Below are positions 17,071 to 26,733 of a DNA stretch of 50,540 nt, in pieces (the stretch's first letter is position 1; each line of letters begins with the position of its first letter). Location: contig JABCTJ010000129.1 of the NCBI GenBank assembly GCA_018238375.1, forward strand, positions 1 to 50,540, given 5' to 3'. This stretch comes from Candidatus Thorarchaeota archaeon. Lineage in GTDB: Archaea > Asgardarchaeota > Thorarchaeia > Thorarchaeales > Thorarchaeaceae. A program made the position numbers and the translations under genes. The notes under the pieces are model-generated. The model ran no database searches and was not told the origin of the DNA. It saw nothing but the letters and a program-made list of their open reading frames with translations.

Positions 17071-18987
17071 ATGTCCGGTCAACAGGACAATTCTGCGCCA
17101 GCATCATCTTCGATAACTCACGAGGAAGTGACAGTGCTCGAGGTAGACGCAGTTGACATCAGTTATGATGACCGGTTTCTCTACACTGCATGCAAGGACA
17201 AGTACGTGAGAGTGTGGTCTAAGGGTGATTGGCAGCTTGTTGCAGAACTAGGTGAAACCAGCTCTGAGCCACTAGCTGTACACGTTGACAAAGACCATGT
17301 ATACGCCACTTGTGAACGCCGAGTCTATATGTGGCGAAAGGGAACTTGGGGTATGATTGGCTGGTTCGAGCTCAGCTATCATGCGTTAACCTCTGATCTT
17401 CATGGCGACTGTTTTTACATTGGTACCCGTGAAGGGCGTCTATTGTCAATTAAGAGAGATACTAACGAAACTTCTAGCTGGCCACTTCATAAGTCGGAAA
17501 TAACGATGCTCTGGTCCAATGGCAGCGTAATATGCTCAGGGACCAAGAAGGAATCTCCAGTGGTTTGGACTCCTGACCTTGATACAGCACCAACTGAGCT
17601 CGCCGTGCTTGGAAAAACAGACCACGGTACTGCTGTAACAGGCAACTCCCAGTTTGTCATGGTAGGTCTAGCCTCGGGTGATGTGAAGCTCTGGGATCGT
17701 GTTGGATGGAACCATGTTCGGACGTTGGAATCGCAGACTGATGAGCCCTTGGTTTCAATGTGGGCTAATGATCTTTATCTCGTTACGTCTTCGACTGCAG
17801 GTTTCCTAACCATTTGGGATCTTACGAAAGATGTCCAATTGGGTCAGGTCAGGAAGAATGGGAGCAAGTACGGAATGGCTTCAGTTGACCATGACCTGAT
17901 ATATGTTGCATCCTCAGAAGGACTGGTAGTCATAGGCATTTCCCTTGAAGGGCAAGCACTGGATTTGTGCAATGCTGATAATCGAATCCAAGATGACGAC
18001 CTACTCAAAACATCGCCGTACGATGTGCTAGAGTCCGTGCTGAATCATCAACGCCAAGGCGATAATCTTCTGCAGGAACGACATTTCTCCAAGGCTATGG
18101 AGGAGTATGATACTGCATTACATCTTCTAATCGACAATGTTCACGCTCTTCAAGCAGTTCCTGAGGAACGTGAAAAGCTGACACGGGAAATCATCGACAG
18201 ACGAAGTAAAGCATCACTCCGGTCTAGGATTGAAACGATTCAAACCATCAATAAGGAGATTGAACAAATATCAGATGAGCTTGAGCTTAAGGGACAAACC
18301 TTGAGGGATGAAGCGGAGATTGGCTCTCTTTGGAGTAATGCCGAGTCAGCAATTCGAGAGTCACGTATACTCTCAGAGGACAATGCTGATGACATGCTAA
18401 GCTATCAGCTAACTTACATCACGGATAATTTACAATCTGATCTTGCAGCTGCCAAGGAGAAGCTCGCGAATTATCAGCGCAAGGTGAATCAAGCGGTTGC
18501 TCTTGTTCACGGCATGGAGAATGAGTGGCGCTGGATGGAGCAGCGAAGAACTAGTCTGTCCGAGAGAAAGGGTTTCCTTGATCGAACCATCAAGCAGCTC
18601 GAAAAGCAATTTGCCAACGCAGAGTCGGACAATGAAGTCCAGGAGATTCTCAAGGATGCTCTTGGCAAGCACAAACAACTCCATGAGCAAATAGGCCGCA
18701 TCCTGTCAGCTTCAGACGATGAGCAGGAAACAGTGCTGTCCAGCAGGGAAGACGCTCTGGCAGCAATTCATAGTCTACTTAGAATAATACCGAAGAAACG
18801 TAATGCCATGCTTGCCATCTCCGATCATTCAAAGCGCCAGAAGGAATTAGAGCGACTGACTGCTGCCCTTGAAGAGGCATTGGAATCCGCAAGACATCAC
18901 GGATTGAAAGAAGAAACTAGGTCAATCCAAAATGAAATTGAGAGTGTAGCCGCACTAAACGGGGCTGCACGTACTGAGAACACGTGA
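17071..18987 (+). CDS. WD40 beta-propeller protein with a long C-terminal coiled coil
   Basis: The track ORF starts at 17023; I prefer ATG 17071 (MSGQQDNS). The N-terminal ~300 aa contain repeated WD-like strand endings (YVRVWS, VYMWRK, VKLWD, LTIWDL). The C-terminal ~330 aa are helical and coiled-coil, with one TPR-like stretch (FSKAMEEYDTALHLL). Confidence 0.8.
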   Translation: MSGQQDNSAPASSSITHEEVTVLEVDAVDISYDDRFLYTACKDKYVRVWSKGDWQLVAELGETSSEPLAVHVDKDHVYATCERRVYMWRKGTWGMIGWFELSYHALTSDLHGDCFYIGTREGRLLSIKRDTNETSSWPLHKSEITMLWSNGSVICSGTKKESPVVWTPDLDTAPTELAVLGKTDHGTAVTGNSQFVMVGLASGDVKLWDRVGWNHVRTLESQTDEPLVSMWANDLYLVTSSTAGFLTIWDLTKDVQLGQVRKNGSKYGMASVDHDLIYVASSEGLVVIGISLEGQALDLCNADNRIQDDDLLKTSPYDVLESVLNHQRQGDNLLQERHFSKAMEEYDTALHLLIDNVHALQAVPEEREKLTREIIDRRSKASLRSRIETIQTINKEIEQISDELELKGQTLRDEAEIGSLWSNAESAIRESRILSEDNADDMLSYQLTYITDNLQSDLAAAKEKLANYQRKVNQAVALVHGMENEWRWMEQRRTSLSERKGFLDRTIKQLEKQFANAESDNEVQEILKDALGKHKQLHEQIGRILSASDDEQETVLSSREDALAAIHSLLRIIPKKRNAMLAISDHSKRQKELERLTAALEEALESARHHGLKEETRSIQNEIESVAALNGAARTENT

Positions 18988-19047
18988 AGCTCGGATTCTC
19001 TCCTTCAAATCGATAATCCCGTTCTTGAAGGAATCTTTGGTAACATA

Positions 19048-19677
19048 TCACCCGGCATCAGACTCGATGTCGAAGTCATCGTCGAACCCTAGCATCGCTT
19101 GACGCACGATGTCTATCCAATCCAATGTATCGTCTTCAAGTGTTGGATCTAGCGCAAGAGCATGATCTGCTGCGACAAGTGCGGCCTCAAAATTCTCCAA
19201 GATAAAATAGCATATGGCACAGTTGTGCCACCCCCTTGCTGAGTTAGGCTCCAATGAAAGCGCCTTGCCAAGCGCATCTAACGCGTCTTTCCATTGCTCA
19301 TTAGCCATGAAAGCGGCAGCCAATAGATGCCAGTCACGACCATTTCTAGGCTTGAGACGAAGGCTTTTGTGCAAGGCTTCCACGCCCTCACTACTTTCAT
19401 TGAGAAGTAGATGTAAGAACCCCTTCTCACCCCACGCAATCTGCGAGTTGGGCTCGATACGAATGATGTGGTTCAGGGCCTCAATCGCTTTGTCTGGTCT
19501 CTTCAACTCTAGATTGCAGGCAAAGACGCTCTCCCACATGGGTTTGTTATTGGGATCAACTGTAAGCCCCTGTTCTAATGTGACAATAGCCTGCTGATAC
19601 TGGGCATTCTTAATGAAACAAGCCGCCTGATTAAGAATGCTGCCTGAGCCTTGACATTCTTGATTTGGTTTACTCAA
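19048..19677 (-). CDS. tetratricopeptide-repeat (TPR) protein
   Basis: 209 aa with 5-6 tandem 34-aa units showing the A/L/P pattern (AIVTLEQGLTVDPNN, AIEALNHIIRIEPNS, ALHKSLRLKPRN, ALGKALSLEPNS, AADHALALDPT). Confidence 0.85.
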   Translation of the reverse strand: MSKPNQECQGSGSILNQAACFIKNAQYQQAIVTLEQGLTVDPNNKPMWESVFACNLELKRPDKAIEALNHIIRIEPNSQIAWGEKGFLHLLLNESSEGVEALHKSLRLKPRNGRDWHLLAAAFMANEQWKDALDALGKALSLEPNSARGWHNCAICYFILENFEAALVAADHALALDPTLEDDTLDWIDIVRQAMLGFDDDFDIESDAG

Positions 19678-19811
19678 CGGTTATCCCCCGACTAGACTGT
19701 ATCTGTGTTCTGCGCTTTGCATTCCAAAGAAAAACATTGTTCTTGTAGCAATTCTAGAGCGGGCTTGGATAGTTGCAGGAATGCCTAGATGAAACGTGCG
19801 ATCTCCATTTA

Positions 19812-21290
19812 CTAATCGTCCCAGCCGGTCATCTCGATTCGCACGATGTTCCCAAGAATCGAAATCTCATCCGGAACTATCAGTTTCAGCGGCCAGTCGG
19901 GTTCTTGCAAGAGCGCCCCGTTCACCCAACCAGCAACAATAATGCTTGAGTTGTACGCGAGCTGCTCTGCCGTAAAGGTGACATTGGCACCATCTCCGCT
20001 GTAGAGTGTAACATTGTAATTCTTGGAGAGAAGCGTTGCATTGAACAGATAGTGATCATCATCCCCGCCATCCATCGAGGCAATGATGGTCCAGAGCGGC
20101 ACACCAGCATGAACGCTTTCTCCAAGAGCAAGTTCTACGTGATGATGCGGACACGAAGCAAGTGAGTAGTATATGTCATGTGTCATATTCCATTCCTCTA
20201 CGCCTCGGAGTTCAAGCGACCAAGGTTCGATTTCATCAATGAGTGTTATGTTTACAACGTCCTTCGCCCAGTAATGACCGTCCGAAAGAAAACCATTTTC
20301 GCTAAGGGTCACAATCCTAAGGGGTCCGCCATGGTCCAGCGGTTCTCCTCCCTCGTGGTAGGCGAGAATCACCGTGAAGTTTCCCCTTCCAAGAGGGTCA
20401 CCTGTTTCTGCATCGTAGGCTTTGAGTGCGCCTTCCACTTCCGTTCTATTGAAGTATGTCGTGTAAAAGTCAGATGCAATTGCTTCGATAGAATACTCAA
20501 CTGGCAGTGTGCCGGTTATTTCTAGCAGATGCTGTATGGTCACGCCAGTGTAGGTGTACGGTCCAACGATGGTACCCGTAGTCTTCTTGTAGCCTCCTTC
20601 TCCTGTGACCGATGGGAGCGCAAGAAGCTCACTCATGGAATAGCCGGTCGTTTCATCGCCTACAGTGATACTGAGCACACTGGGCTCAACCTCTGTTTCT
20701 TCAGGCTCGACGATTTCGATTGTGACTACGTTTGACACGCATTGAGGTCCTGCGGCTCCTCCGAAGTATTCAGAAGGTGTTGTTGCATTAGCATCAGCGT
20801 TTGAGTAATATTCGTCTTCTGGGAGAAAGATAATTCTGAGTCCCAGCTCCCATTCTGGCGCTGTAGTCCCGTTGTACGAGTATGCCAGAATCATATCTCC
20901 TTGGAGCTCATGTATGCTCAATGAAGGGTATACTTTCTCGTATGGAAAGGTGACGCTGTAACCATCTGAGGCATTGACAACGATTAGGTCTGTACTCTCC
21001 ATACCGCCGGCCAAGTCGATGAGATCTGAAACATTGACTCCCTTGTAGGTTCCATTGCCGCGAGGGTTGCCGTAGGAGTTCTCGTAGGCCCCATAAGCCT
21101 CAACTGACTGCATGGATAGCATTTGAGAGATTGCGATTGTCTGTCGTGTACCATCCTTATTGATAACATCAATTGATGGACCTGCGGAGGGCTGCTGCAG
21201 AAGCATAATCGCCCCTATTGAAACCCCTGCAAGAACTAAAACCCCAACAAGGACTGCTATGAGTTTCCCCTGACTGCCAATTGTGACCAT
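19812..21290 (-). CDS. membrane-anchored extracytoplasmic protein with three tandem SUOX/YedY-like (molybdopterin-oxidoreductase-fold) domains
   Basis: 492 aa with an N-terminal signal anchor (LIAVLVGVLVLAGVSIGAIMLL). A module recurs three times: YKGVNVSDLIDLAGG...ASDGYSVTFP...ILAYSYNG...GLRIIF; YTGVTIQHLLEITG...ASDFYTTYF...ILAYHEGGEPL...GPLRIV; GVPLWTIIASMDGG...VAGWVNGALL...WPLKLIVP. The domain identity is inferred by eye. Confidence 0.6.
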   Translation of the reverse strand: MVTIGSQGKLIAVLVGVLVLAGVSIGAIMLLQQPSAGPSIDVINKDGTRQTIAISQMLSMQSVEAYGAYENSYGNPRGNGTYKGVNVSDLIDLAGGMESTDLIVVNASDGYSVTFPYEKVYPSLSIHELQGDMILAYSYNGTTAPEWELGLRIIFLPEDEYYSNADANATTPSEYFGGAAGPQCVSNVVTIEIVEPEETEVEPSVLSITVGDETTGYSMSELLALPSVTGEGGYKKTTGTIVGPYTYTGVTIQHLLEITGTLPVEYSIEAIASDFYTTYFNRTEVEGALKAYDAETGDPLGRGNFTVILAYHEGGEPLDHGGPLRIVTLSENGFLSDGHYWAKDVVNITLIDEIEPWSLELRGVEEWNMTHDIYYSLASCPHHHVELALGESVHAGVPLWTIIASMDGGDDDHYLFNATLLSKNYNVTLYSGDGANVTFTAEQLAYNSSIIVAGWVNGALLQEPDWPLKLIVPDEISILGNIVRIEMTGWDD

Positions 21291-21441
21291 TGTACAACAC
21301 TCGCCGATATGTACGGCTGTGCCAGTCGAGGGATGATAAATACCTTTCTGATTATCTACTGCGGGATTTGCTGACGTTCTTTAGGATCTATCTTAGCCGC
21401 TGAGGAAACGACCCTGATTCGGGGGCGCTTAGAAACGCGAC

Positions 21442-21822
21442 CTAGAGAAGCACAATCGCTTCCGCTTCGATAGCAACATCCTTTGGCAATCTTGCTACTT
21501 GAACCGCGGCTCTTGCGGGAGGAATCCCTGAGAACCACTTGGCGTATTCCGTGTTCATCTCAGCAAAGTCATTCATGTCGCGAAGGAAAACGGTAACTTT
21601 CACCACATTAGCGAGAGATGACCCCGCCTCCTCGATTACTGCTTTTAGGTTGCTCAGCACTTGATGAGTTTGCTCCGTTATTGAGCCTGTGAGGACTTCC
21701 CCTGATTCGGGAACCATTGGAATCTGCCCTGAGCAGAAAAGGAAACCATTGGCTTTGATGGCCTGTGAATAGGGGCCAACAGCTTTCGGTGCTTTTTTTG
21801 TTGAAACGACCTCTTTTGTCAT
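21442..21822 (-). CDS. ridA: RidA/YjgF/UK114-family reactive-intermediate deaminase
   Basis: 126 aa. [25 protein letters not shown] and the C-terminal [22 protein letters not shown] are characteristic of the family. Confidence 0.9.
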   Translation of the reverse strand: MTKEVVSTKKAPKAVGPYSQAIKANGFLFCSGQIPMVPESGEVLTGSITEQTHQVLSNLKAVIEEAGSSLANVVKVTVFLRDMNDFAEMNTEYAKWFSGIPPARAAVQVARLPKDVAIEAEAIVLL

Positions 21823-21874
21823 CTGTATCAGGTCAGGCTACATGGCCCTCCCCCATTAATCTAGCGGTCAAAAG

Positions 21875-22858
21875 CTAGCGACGTTCTGGGGGCGGCGGGA
21901 CGCTATGTCCTCGTACGATGCGAGTGCCTGTTTCTCCGTTCAATGCTCTTGTGATGTTTGGCGGATCTGTGATTATGGCCAGCTCACCACCATTCTTGAT
22001 GAAATCGATGCAAGATTCCACCTTTGGCAGCATGCTGCCAGGAGCGAAATGGCCCTCTTCGATGTAATTCTGAGCTTGGATGTGGTCCATCTTGTCGATT
22101 GGTGCTTCGTTTTCCTTTCCGAAATTGAGATAGGCTTTCTCTACGGACGTAGATATAATGAGGACATCGGCTCTTAGGCCTGTGGCAAGAAGACTAGATG
22201 CTCTATCCTTGTCAATGACAGCAGCGATACCCTCTAAGTCGCCATCTTCGTTTTGCACGACAGGAATCCCACCTCCCCCAACGGCATAGACAACAATGTT
22301 GTCATTAAGTAACGCGTGGATGGCTGGAAGCTCAACGATCTCTATTGGAATCGGCGAAGGAACAACTCTTCTCCATCCTCTTCCTGAGTCCTCCATGATA
22401 CTCCAGTTCTCATCCTTCTCCCGTTTCTTTGCTGTCTTCTCGTCCATGAAGGTTCCAACTGGCTTTGCAGGATTCTTGAAAGCGGGGTCTTCAGGATCCA
22501 CACGCACTTGAGTTACTAAGCTCGCTGCATGTCTGTCCATGTTCCTCTTCTGAAACTCGTTATAGAGCGCTTTCTGTATCATGTATCCAATGGCTCCTTG
22601 AGTATCTGCACCACAAGAGTCCAAAGGCACCTCGTGAAGTTCATGCGCCGCAAGTTCTGAACGTCGAAGAATGAATCCCACTTGGGGTCCGTTTCCTGAG
22701 GTGATGACGACATTCCAACCCTCTTGGATCATGTCTGCGATATGCTTGCAGGTTTCAACTGTTGCAGCATATTGATCAGGAACTGTCCTGTGTTTCTTAT
22801 CTTTTATCAGCGAATTTCCACCTATCGCTACTACAGCACTGCGAGCCATTGTAAACAC
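21875..22858 (-). CDS. arcC: carbamate kinase
   Basis: 327 aa. Motifs AIGGNSL, ITSGNGPQVG, GYMIQKAL, DPAFKNPAKPVG, DSGRGWRRVVPSP, GGGGIPV, AVIDKDRAS and EGHFAPGSMLPKV closely track known archaeal carbamate kinases. Confidence 0.92.
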   Translation of the reverse strand: MFTMARSAVVAIGGNSLIKDKKHRTVPDQYAATVETCKHIADMIQEGWNVVITSGNGPQVGFILRRSELAAHELHEVPLDSCGADTQGAIGYMIQKALYNEFQKRNMDRHAASLVTQVRVDPEDPAFKNPAKPVGTFMDEKTAKKREKDENWSIMEDSGRGWRRVVPSPIPIEIVELPAIHALLNDNIVVYAVGGGGIPVVQNEDGDLEGIAAVIDKDRASSLLATGLRADVLIISTSVEKAYLNFGKENEAPIDKMDHIQAQNYIEEGHFAPGSMLPKVESCIDFIKNGGELAIITDPPNITRALNGETGTRIVRGHSVPPPPERR

Positions 22859-22959
22859 CTACGTTTGAATAGAGGTCCTTTCTGAGACTCAATTCCTAAA
22901 AAAGAGAGCTGTTTAGAGCACTGGAAAACGGCAAGATGGAAAATGTATACATTGGGCCT

Positions 22960-23703
22960 TCAATCATTCTCTTCGAGTTCTCTCAGCCATTCATCAGTGT
23001 ACATTGTTTCAAGGACTGCTGCCTCAGCATGATCTTGGCCGGTCATCATGTCAACAAGATTTACTGTCCTCATGACGATTTTCCTATCCTTTTTGATGAT
23101 GTCTTGCACGAACTCCTCAACCTTGGACATAAGCTCATCATGAGGCACTACTCTGCTAGCGAGTCCGATTTGCAGCGCCTCCTCCGCTGAAACCAACCTT
23201 CCAGTCACAAGGATATCCTTTGTTCTCGCAGGGCCTACAAGGTCCATTAGGTTGGCTGTAGCTCCTGCGCCTGGAAATATCGCAAGTTGCACTTCTGGCA
23301 GTCGGAACGCAGCCTTCTCAGAGAAGAACCTAAAGTCACAAGCGGAAGCAATCATTGCCCCAAAACCTATTGCATAGCCGTTGATTGCAGCCACAGTTAT
23401 GCAATTTCTATTCTCTTTGATGCACCGGATTGTGCTCTCAAGGAGTTTGAAAAAGCTCGTTCGCTCATCGCCCTTCAAACCAATCACGGTTTCCATGTCG
23501 AAGCCAGCTGAGAATGCCTTCTCTCCCTCGCCAGTGAAGATGACAACCATAATCTCTGGATCGTTTGTCAACTGGTTGACTTTGTCGTCAAAAGCAACTA
23601 GCATTTCTCGTGTGACAGAGTTGAGTTTTTCTGACCGAGATATCGTCAATGTGGCTACGTGGCCCTTCCGTGTAACCTTGATTTCTCCATCCATGAGTTT
23701 CAC
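22960..23703 (-). CDS. enoyl-CoA hydratase/isomerase (crotonase) family protein
   Basis: 247 aa. VATLTISRSEKLNS, FTGEGEKAFSAGFD and AAINGYAIGFGAMIASACDFR show the oxyanion-hole architecture of crotonases. Confidence 0.9.
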   Translation of the reverse strand: MKLMDGEIKVTRKGHVATLTISRSEKLNSVTREMLVAFDDKVNQLTNDPEIMVVIFTGEGEKAFSAGFDMETVIGLKGDERTSFFKLLESTIRCIKENRNCITVAAINGYAIGFGAMIASACDFRFFSEKAAFRLPEVQLAIFPGAGATANLMDLVGPARTKDILVTGRLVSAEEALQIGLASRVVPHDELMSKVEEFVQDIIKKDRKIVMRTVNLVDMMTGQDHAEAAVLETMYTDEWLRELEEND

Positions 23704-23847
23704 CGAACTAGTCGATTACTAGGAAGTAGCTTTGTGTGAATAAAGCCTTTCTGGGAAAAATCAGGGAATTACCGCAGCTGATTCCTGACCATGGTTCTGT
23801 TCAGCGGGCGTCACAACCCTTATGCGCTTCCTCGAAAACTACCAGTC

Positions 23848-24183
23848 ATGAATGAACAAATTATCGTGGTTACAACACCTGTACTTCCAGGGCATCGAGT
23901 TGTCAAAGTATTGGGTATTGTTCACGGGCTAACAGTACGGACAAGAGGATTCGGAGGACAATTATCTGCAAGCATTCAAAGCGCATTCGGAGGTGAGGTT
24001 ACCGCCTATACTTCTGAGTGTGAAAAGGCTCGAAAGGAATCAATGCAACGACTTGTGGCGAATGCTGGTGCCATGGGCGCAAACGCCGTAATCGCCGCTG
24101 ACTTCGAAACAAGTACTATCTTTAGCGGCGCGTTATTCTCAACCTATGGAACGGCTGTTGTTGTTGAACAGACGCATGATTAG
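23848..24183 (+). CDS. YbjQ/UPF0145-family protein
   Basis: The track ORF starts at 23791, but family-typical length and the N-terminus MNEQIIVVTTPVLPG favour ATG 23848. Motifs are GIVHGLTVRTRGFGG and GANAVIAADFETS. Confidence 0.8.
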   Translation: MNEQIIVVTTPVLPGHRVVKVLGIVHGLTVRTRGFGGQLSASIQSAFGGEVTAYTSECEKARKESMQRLVANAGAMGANAVIAADFETSTIFSGALFSTYGTAVVVEQTHD

Positions 24184-24274
24184 TCTGGCTCATTGCTAGG
24201 CTTTTCGTAATCGCTCTTCACAGACGCCTTCAATCAATAGTCCTGCGCAAGCCACTTGCCGCAAAACAGCTAAC

Positions 24275-24763
24275 CTACTGGCAGGCCTTGCAGCCCTCAT
24301 GCACGCCCTCACAGTGCTCACGGTGTACGTCACAAATGACTCCGGCGTCTTTCAAGATTTCGATGAGATGGTTAACCTCTCGAGTCATAATTTCATAGAT
24401 TTCCCTGCTGTCATTCTGTTCATAAGCTTCGATAATCACGTCAGCAGCCTTTTCGATATCCACGAGAATCTTATTTGGGATGTTAACTTGGTCGCCTCGA
24501 GATCGTTTGGATTTCTTCAGCTTATATTGGGTAATCGCTGGTTCTGTGACACCAAGCATCTTGGCAATCTGTTTCTGAGGTTTCTTCTTTTTGATCATAA
24601 CGCGAGTTAGCTCTCTTCTAATTGCTGGGAGTACGTACCATACTACTACTTCTTGGGGCATCAACCATGTCCTGCGCTTTCCACGTTTCTTGCTTTTCTG
24701 TTTCGTACTTGACATTGCCGTGACCTCGAGAGAATATTCGCTATCATTAATTTCCTTATTCAC
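24275..24763 (-). CDS. HTH transcriptional regulator with a C-terminal Cys/His cluster
   Basis: 162 aa. It has a basic N-terminus, the HTH QKQIAKMLGVTEPAITQYKLKK, and the C-terminal cluster CDVHREHCEGVHEGCKACQ. It resembles the small archaeal COG2522-type regulators as I recall them. Confidence 0.6.
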   Translation of the reverse strand: MNKEINDSEYSLEVTAMSSTKQKSKKRGKRRTWLMPQEVVVWYVLPAIRRELTRVMIKKKKPQKQIAKMLGVTEPAITQYKLKKSKRSRGDQVNIPNKILVDIEKAADVIIEAYEQNDSREIYEIMTREVNHLIEILKDAGVICDVHREHCEGVHEGCKACQ

Positions 24764-24897
24764 TATTGTGAAGAATAGTCGCTAATAAGCTTGATGGAAA
24801 TTGCATTTCGTTCCAGACCAAACATACTATGTTACAGTTTGGAACTGTAGAAGCGATTGTCAGGCAAAATGAGCCATCCTTAAGAGGTGTCTATGTT

Positions 24898-25647
24898 ATG
24901 AGAGTCATTGTGTCTGACATGTTAGAAGGGGATCTCCGAGAAGCAGCAGAGTTAGTTGCAAATGCCAAGTACCTAATAGCACTGACAGGTGCAGGTGTGT
25001 CTAAGGAATCCAATGTACCAACTTTCAGAGGCGAAGACGGTCTCTGGAGGAACTATAATGCCATGGAATTAGCGACGCCGTCTGCGTTTGCAAACAACCC
25101 CAAATTGGTTTGGGAATGGTACACTTGGAGGCAGGGGTTAATTGCCAAGTGCGAGCCAAACCCCGGACACCTAACACTGGCCAAGTGGGAGGAAACTGGG
25201 CTCCTCAAATCACTAATCACTCAAAACGTCGATGGCCTTCATCGGCGTGCTGGGTCTAGCAATGTCCTTGAGGTTCACGGAAACCTCTGGGCTTTGAAGT
25301 GCACATCATGTAACTATAATGACAGACTCAGTGCCCCTGCTGAGGGGATTCCGGAATGCCCTGAGTGTGGCTCAATGCTTCGTCCTGATGTTGTGTGGTT
25401 CGGAGAGAGTCTTGATTCGGAAGTGATGGCAAGTGTATACACCAATTTGGAGAACGCCACTGTGTGTTTGATAATCGGGACCTCTGGAATAGTGCAACCG
25501 GCAGCGATGTTTCCGATCATGGTCAAGCAAAGAGGTGGAACTCTAATCGAGTTCAACGTGGAAGCATCACGATTGACTCACAGTGTCGACTATCACATTC
25601 AAGGTCCTTCAGGCGAAACCTTGCCCGCTCTGGACTCGCTGATCTGA
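24898..25647 (+). CDS. cobB: NAD-dependent protein deacylase, Sir2 family
   Basis: GAGVSKESNVPTFRGEDGLWRNY, QNVDGLH, HG and the zinc-ribbon cysteines (CTSC...CPECG) are present. The track ORF begins at 24829. ATG 24898 is preceded by AGAGGTG and gives a family-typical N-terminus; 24919 is an alternative. Confidence 0.9.
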   Translation: MRVIVSDMLEGDLREAAELVANAKYLIALTGAGVSKESNVPTFRGEDGLWRNYNAMELATPSAFANNPKLVWEWYTWRQGLIAKCEPNPGHLTLAKWEETGLLKSLITQNVDGLHRRAGSSNVLEVHGNLWALKCTSCNYNDRLSAPAEGIPECPECGSMLRPDVVWFGESLDSEVMASVYTNLENATVCLIIGTSGIVQPAAMFPIMVKQRGGTLIEFNVEASRLTHSVDYHIQGPSGETLPALDSLI

Positions 25648-25733
25648 CAGTCTATTTATCAGTGGAGTACTATTTCACGATAATAAGGAACAATTAAATG
25701 AGGGGTAAAATAAGCCCGTGAAAGGTGACCGGC

Positions 25734-26732
25734 ATGAGAGTCTTAGTGACGGGAGCAACCGGATTCATCGGTCGTAAATTCGTGGCGCGTTTGATCGAGA
25801 ACGAATTTGATGTCGTTGCGTTCGTGAGAGAAACTAGCAATACCGCTGGGCTGCCAGAGAGCGTAACCTTCGTAGAAGGCGACCTCTTCGACAAGCAGTT
25901 AATGAAGAAGACTGTGCAGAGCTGCGAGGCAGTGGTTCATTTTGCGGCCTATTTCGACTTTTTCCCCAAGGATGTTGATTTGCTGTACGAAGTGAACGTT
26001 GAAGGTACAAAGAATCTGATGAACGCTTGTGTTGGGACATCAGTTGAGCGGTTCATCTACTGTTCCACTACGGAAACAATAGGGCCTGTTAGGTTCCCTC
26101 CGGGTGATGAGGACACTGAGCTTGACCCACAGTTTGACTACTCAAAAAGCAAGATAATGGCTGAGGAGGCAATTCGGGAGATTACGAAGGACACTGGCCT
26201 GCATCACATAATCTTGCGTCCAACTGGAGTACTGGGAGAGGGCGATCTCTACACAGCGTTTGAGGCCATTGAAGCAGTGAATAAGCGTGAGTTACCTGTT
26301 CTTCCCGGTGACGGCGAGAAACGAATAATGTACACCCACGTGGATGATGTAGCTAGTGGCTTTATGGACGCCCTGTCATCGAAGCGAGCACTGAACAACA
26401 CGATTATCCTTTGCCCTGACGAACCCCTTACATACAATGAGTTCTTTGCTTTTCTGGGAGAAACTCTTGGCGTTAATCCTCCCAAGCTGAGAATACCTAC
26501 GGTTCTTGCGAAGATTGGCATTGGGCTCTTGAGTCCAATCAAGAATCGGAAGCGAACTACATTTTTGTGGCATGTGCAGTCAGTTCAGAGTATGGATGAG
26601 GATCGATGGTACTCCAACGAAAAGGCCAAGAACCTCCTCGGTTGGGAGCCACAGGTCACTATGCGTGAAGGTCTCAAGAGAGCCATTGATTGGTATTATG
26701 AGAATAACTATCTAGAGAGGATGGCTAAGTAG
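25734..26732 (+). CDS. NAD-dependent epimerase/dehydratase (extended SDR)
   Basis: It has the MRVLVTGATGFIG glycine-rich Rossmann motif and a YSKSK catalytic YxxxK. ATG 25734 is preceded by AAAGGTGA; the track starts at GTG 25725. Confidence 0.9.
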   Translation: MRVLVTGATGFIGRKFVARLIENEFDVVAFVRETSNTAGLPESVTFVEGDLFDKQLMKKTVQSCEAVVHFAAYFDFFPKDVDLLYEVNVEGTKNLMNACVGTSVERFIYCSTTETIGPVRFPPGDEDTELDPQFDYSKSKIMAEEAIREITKDTGLHHIILRPTGVLGEGDLYTAFEAIEAVNKRELPVLPGDGEKRIMYTHVDDVASGFMDALSSKRALNNTIILCPDEPLTYNEFFAFLGETLGVNPPKLRIPTVLAKIGIGLLSPIKNRKRTTFLWHVQSVQSMDEDRWYSNEKAKNLLGWEPQVTMREGLKRAIDWYYENNYLERMAK

Positions 26733-26733
26733 A

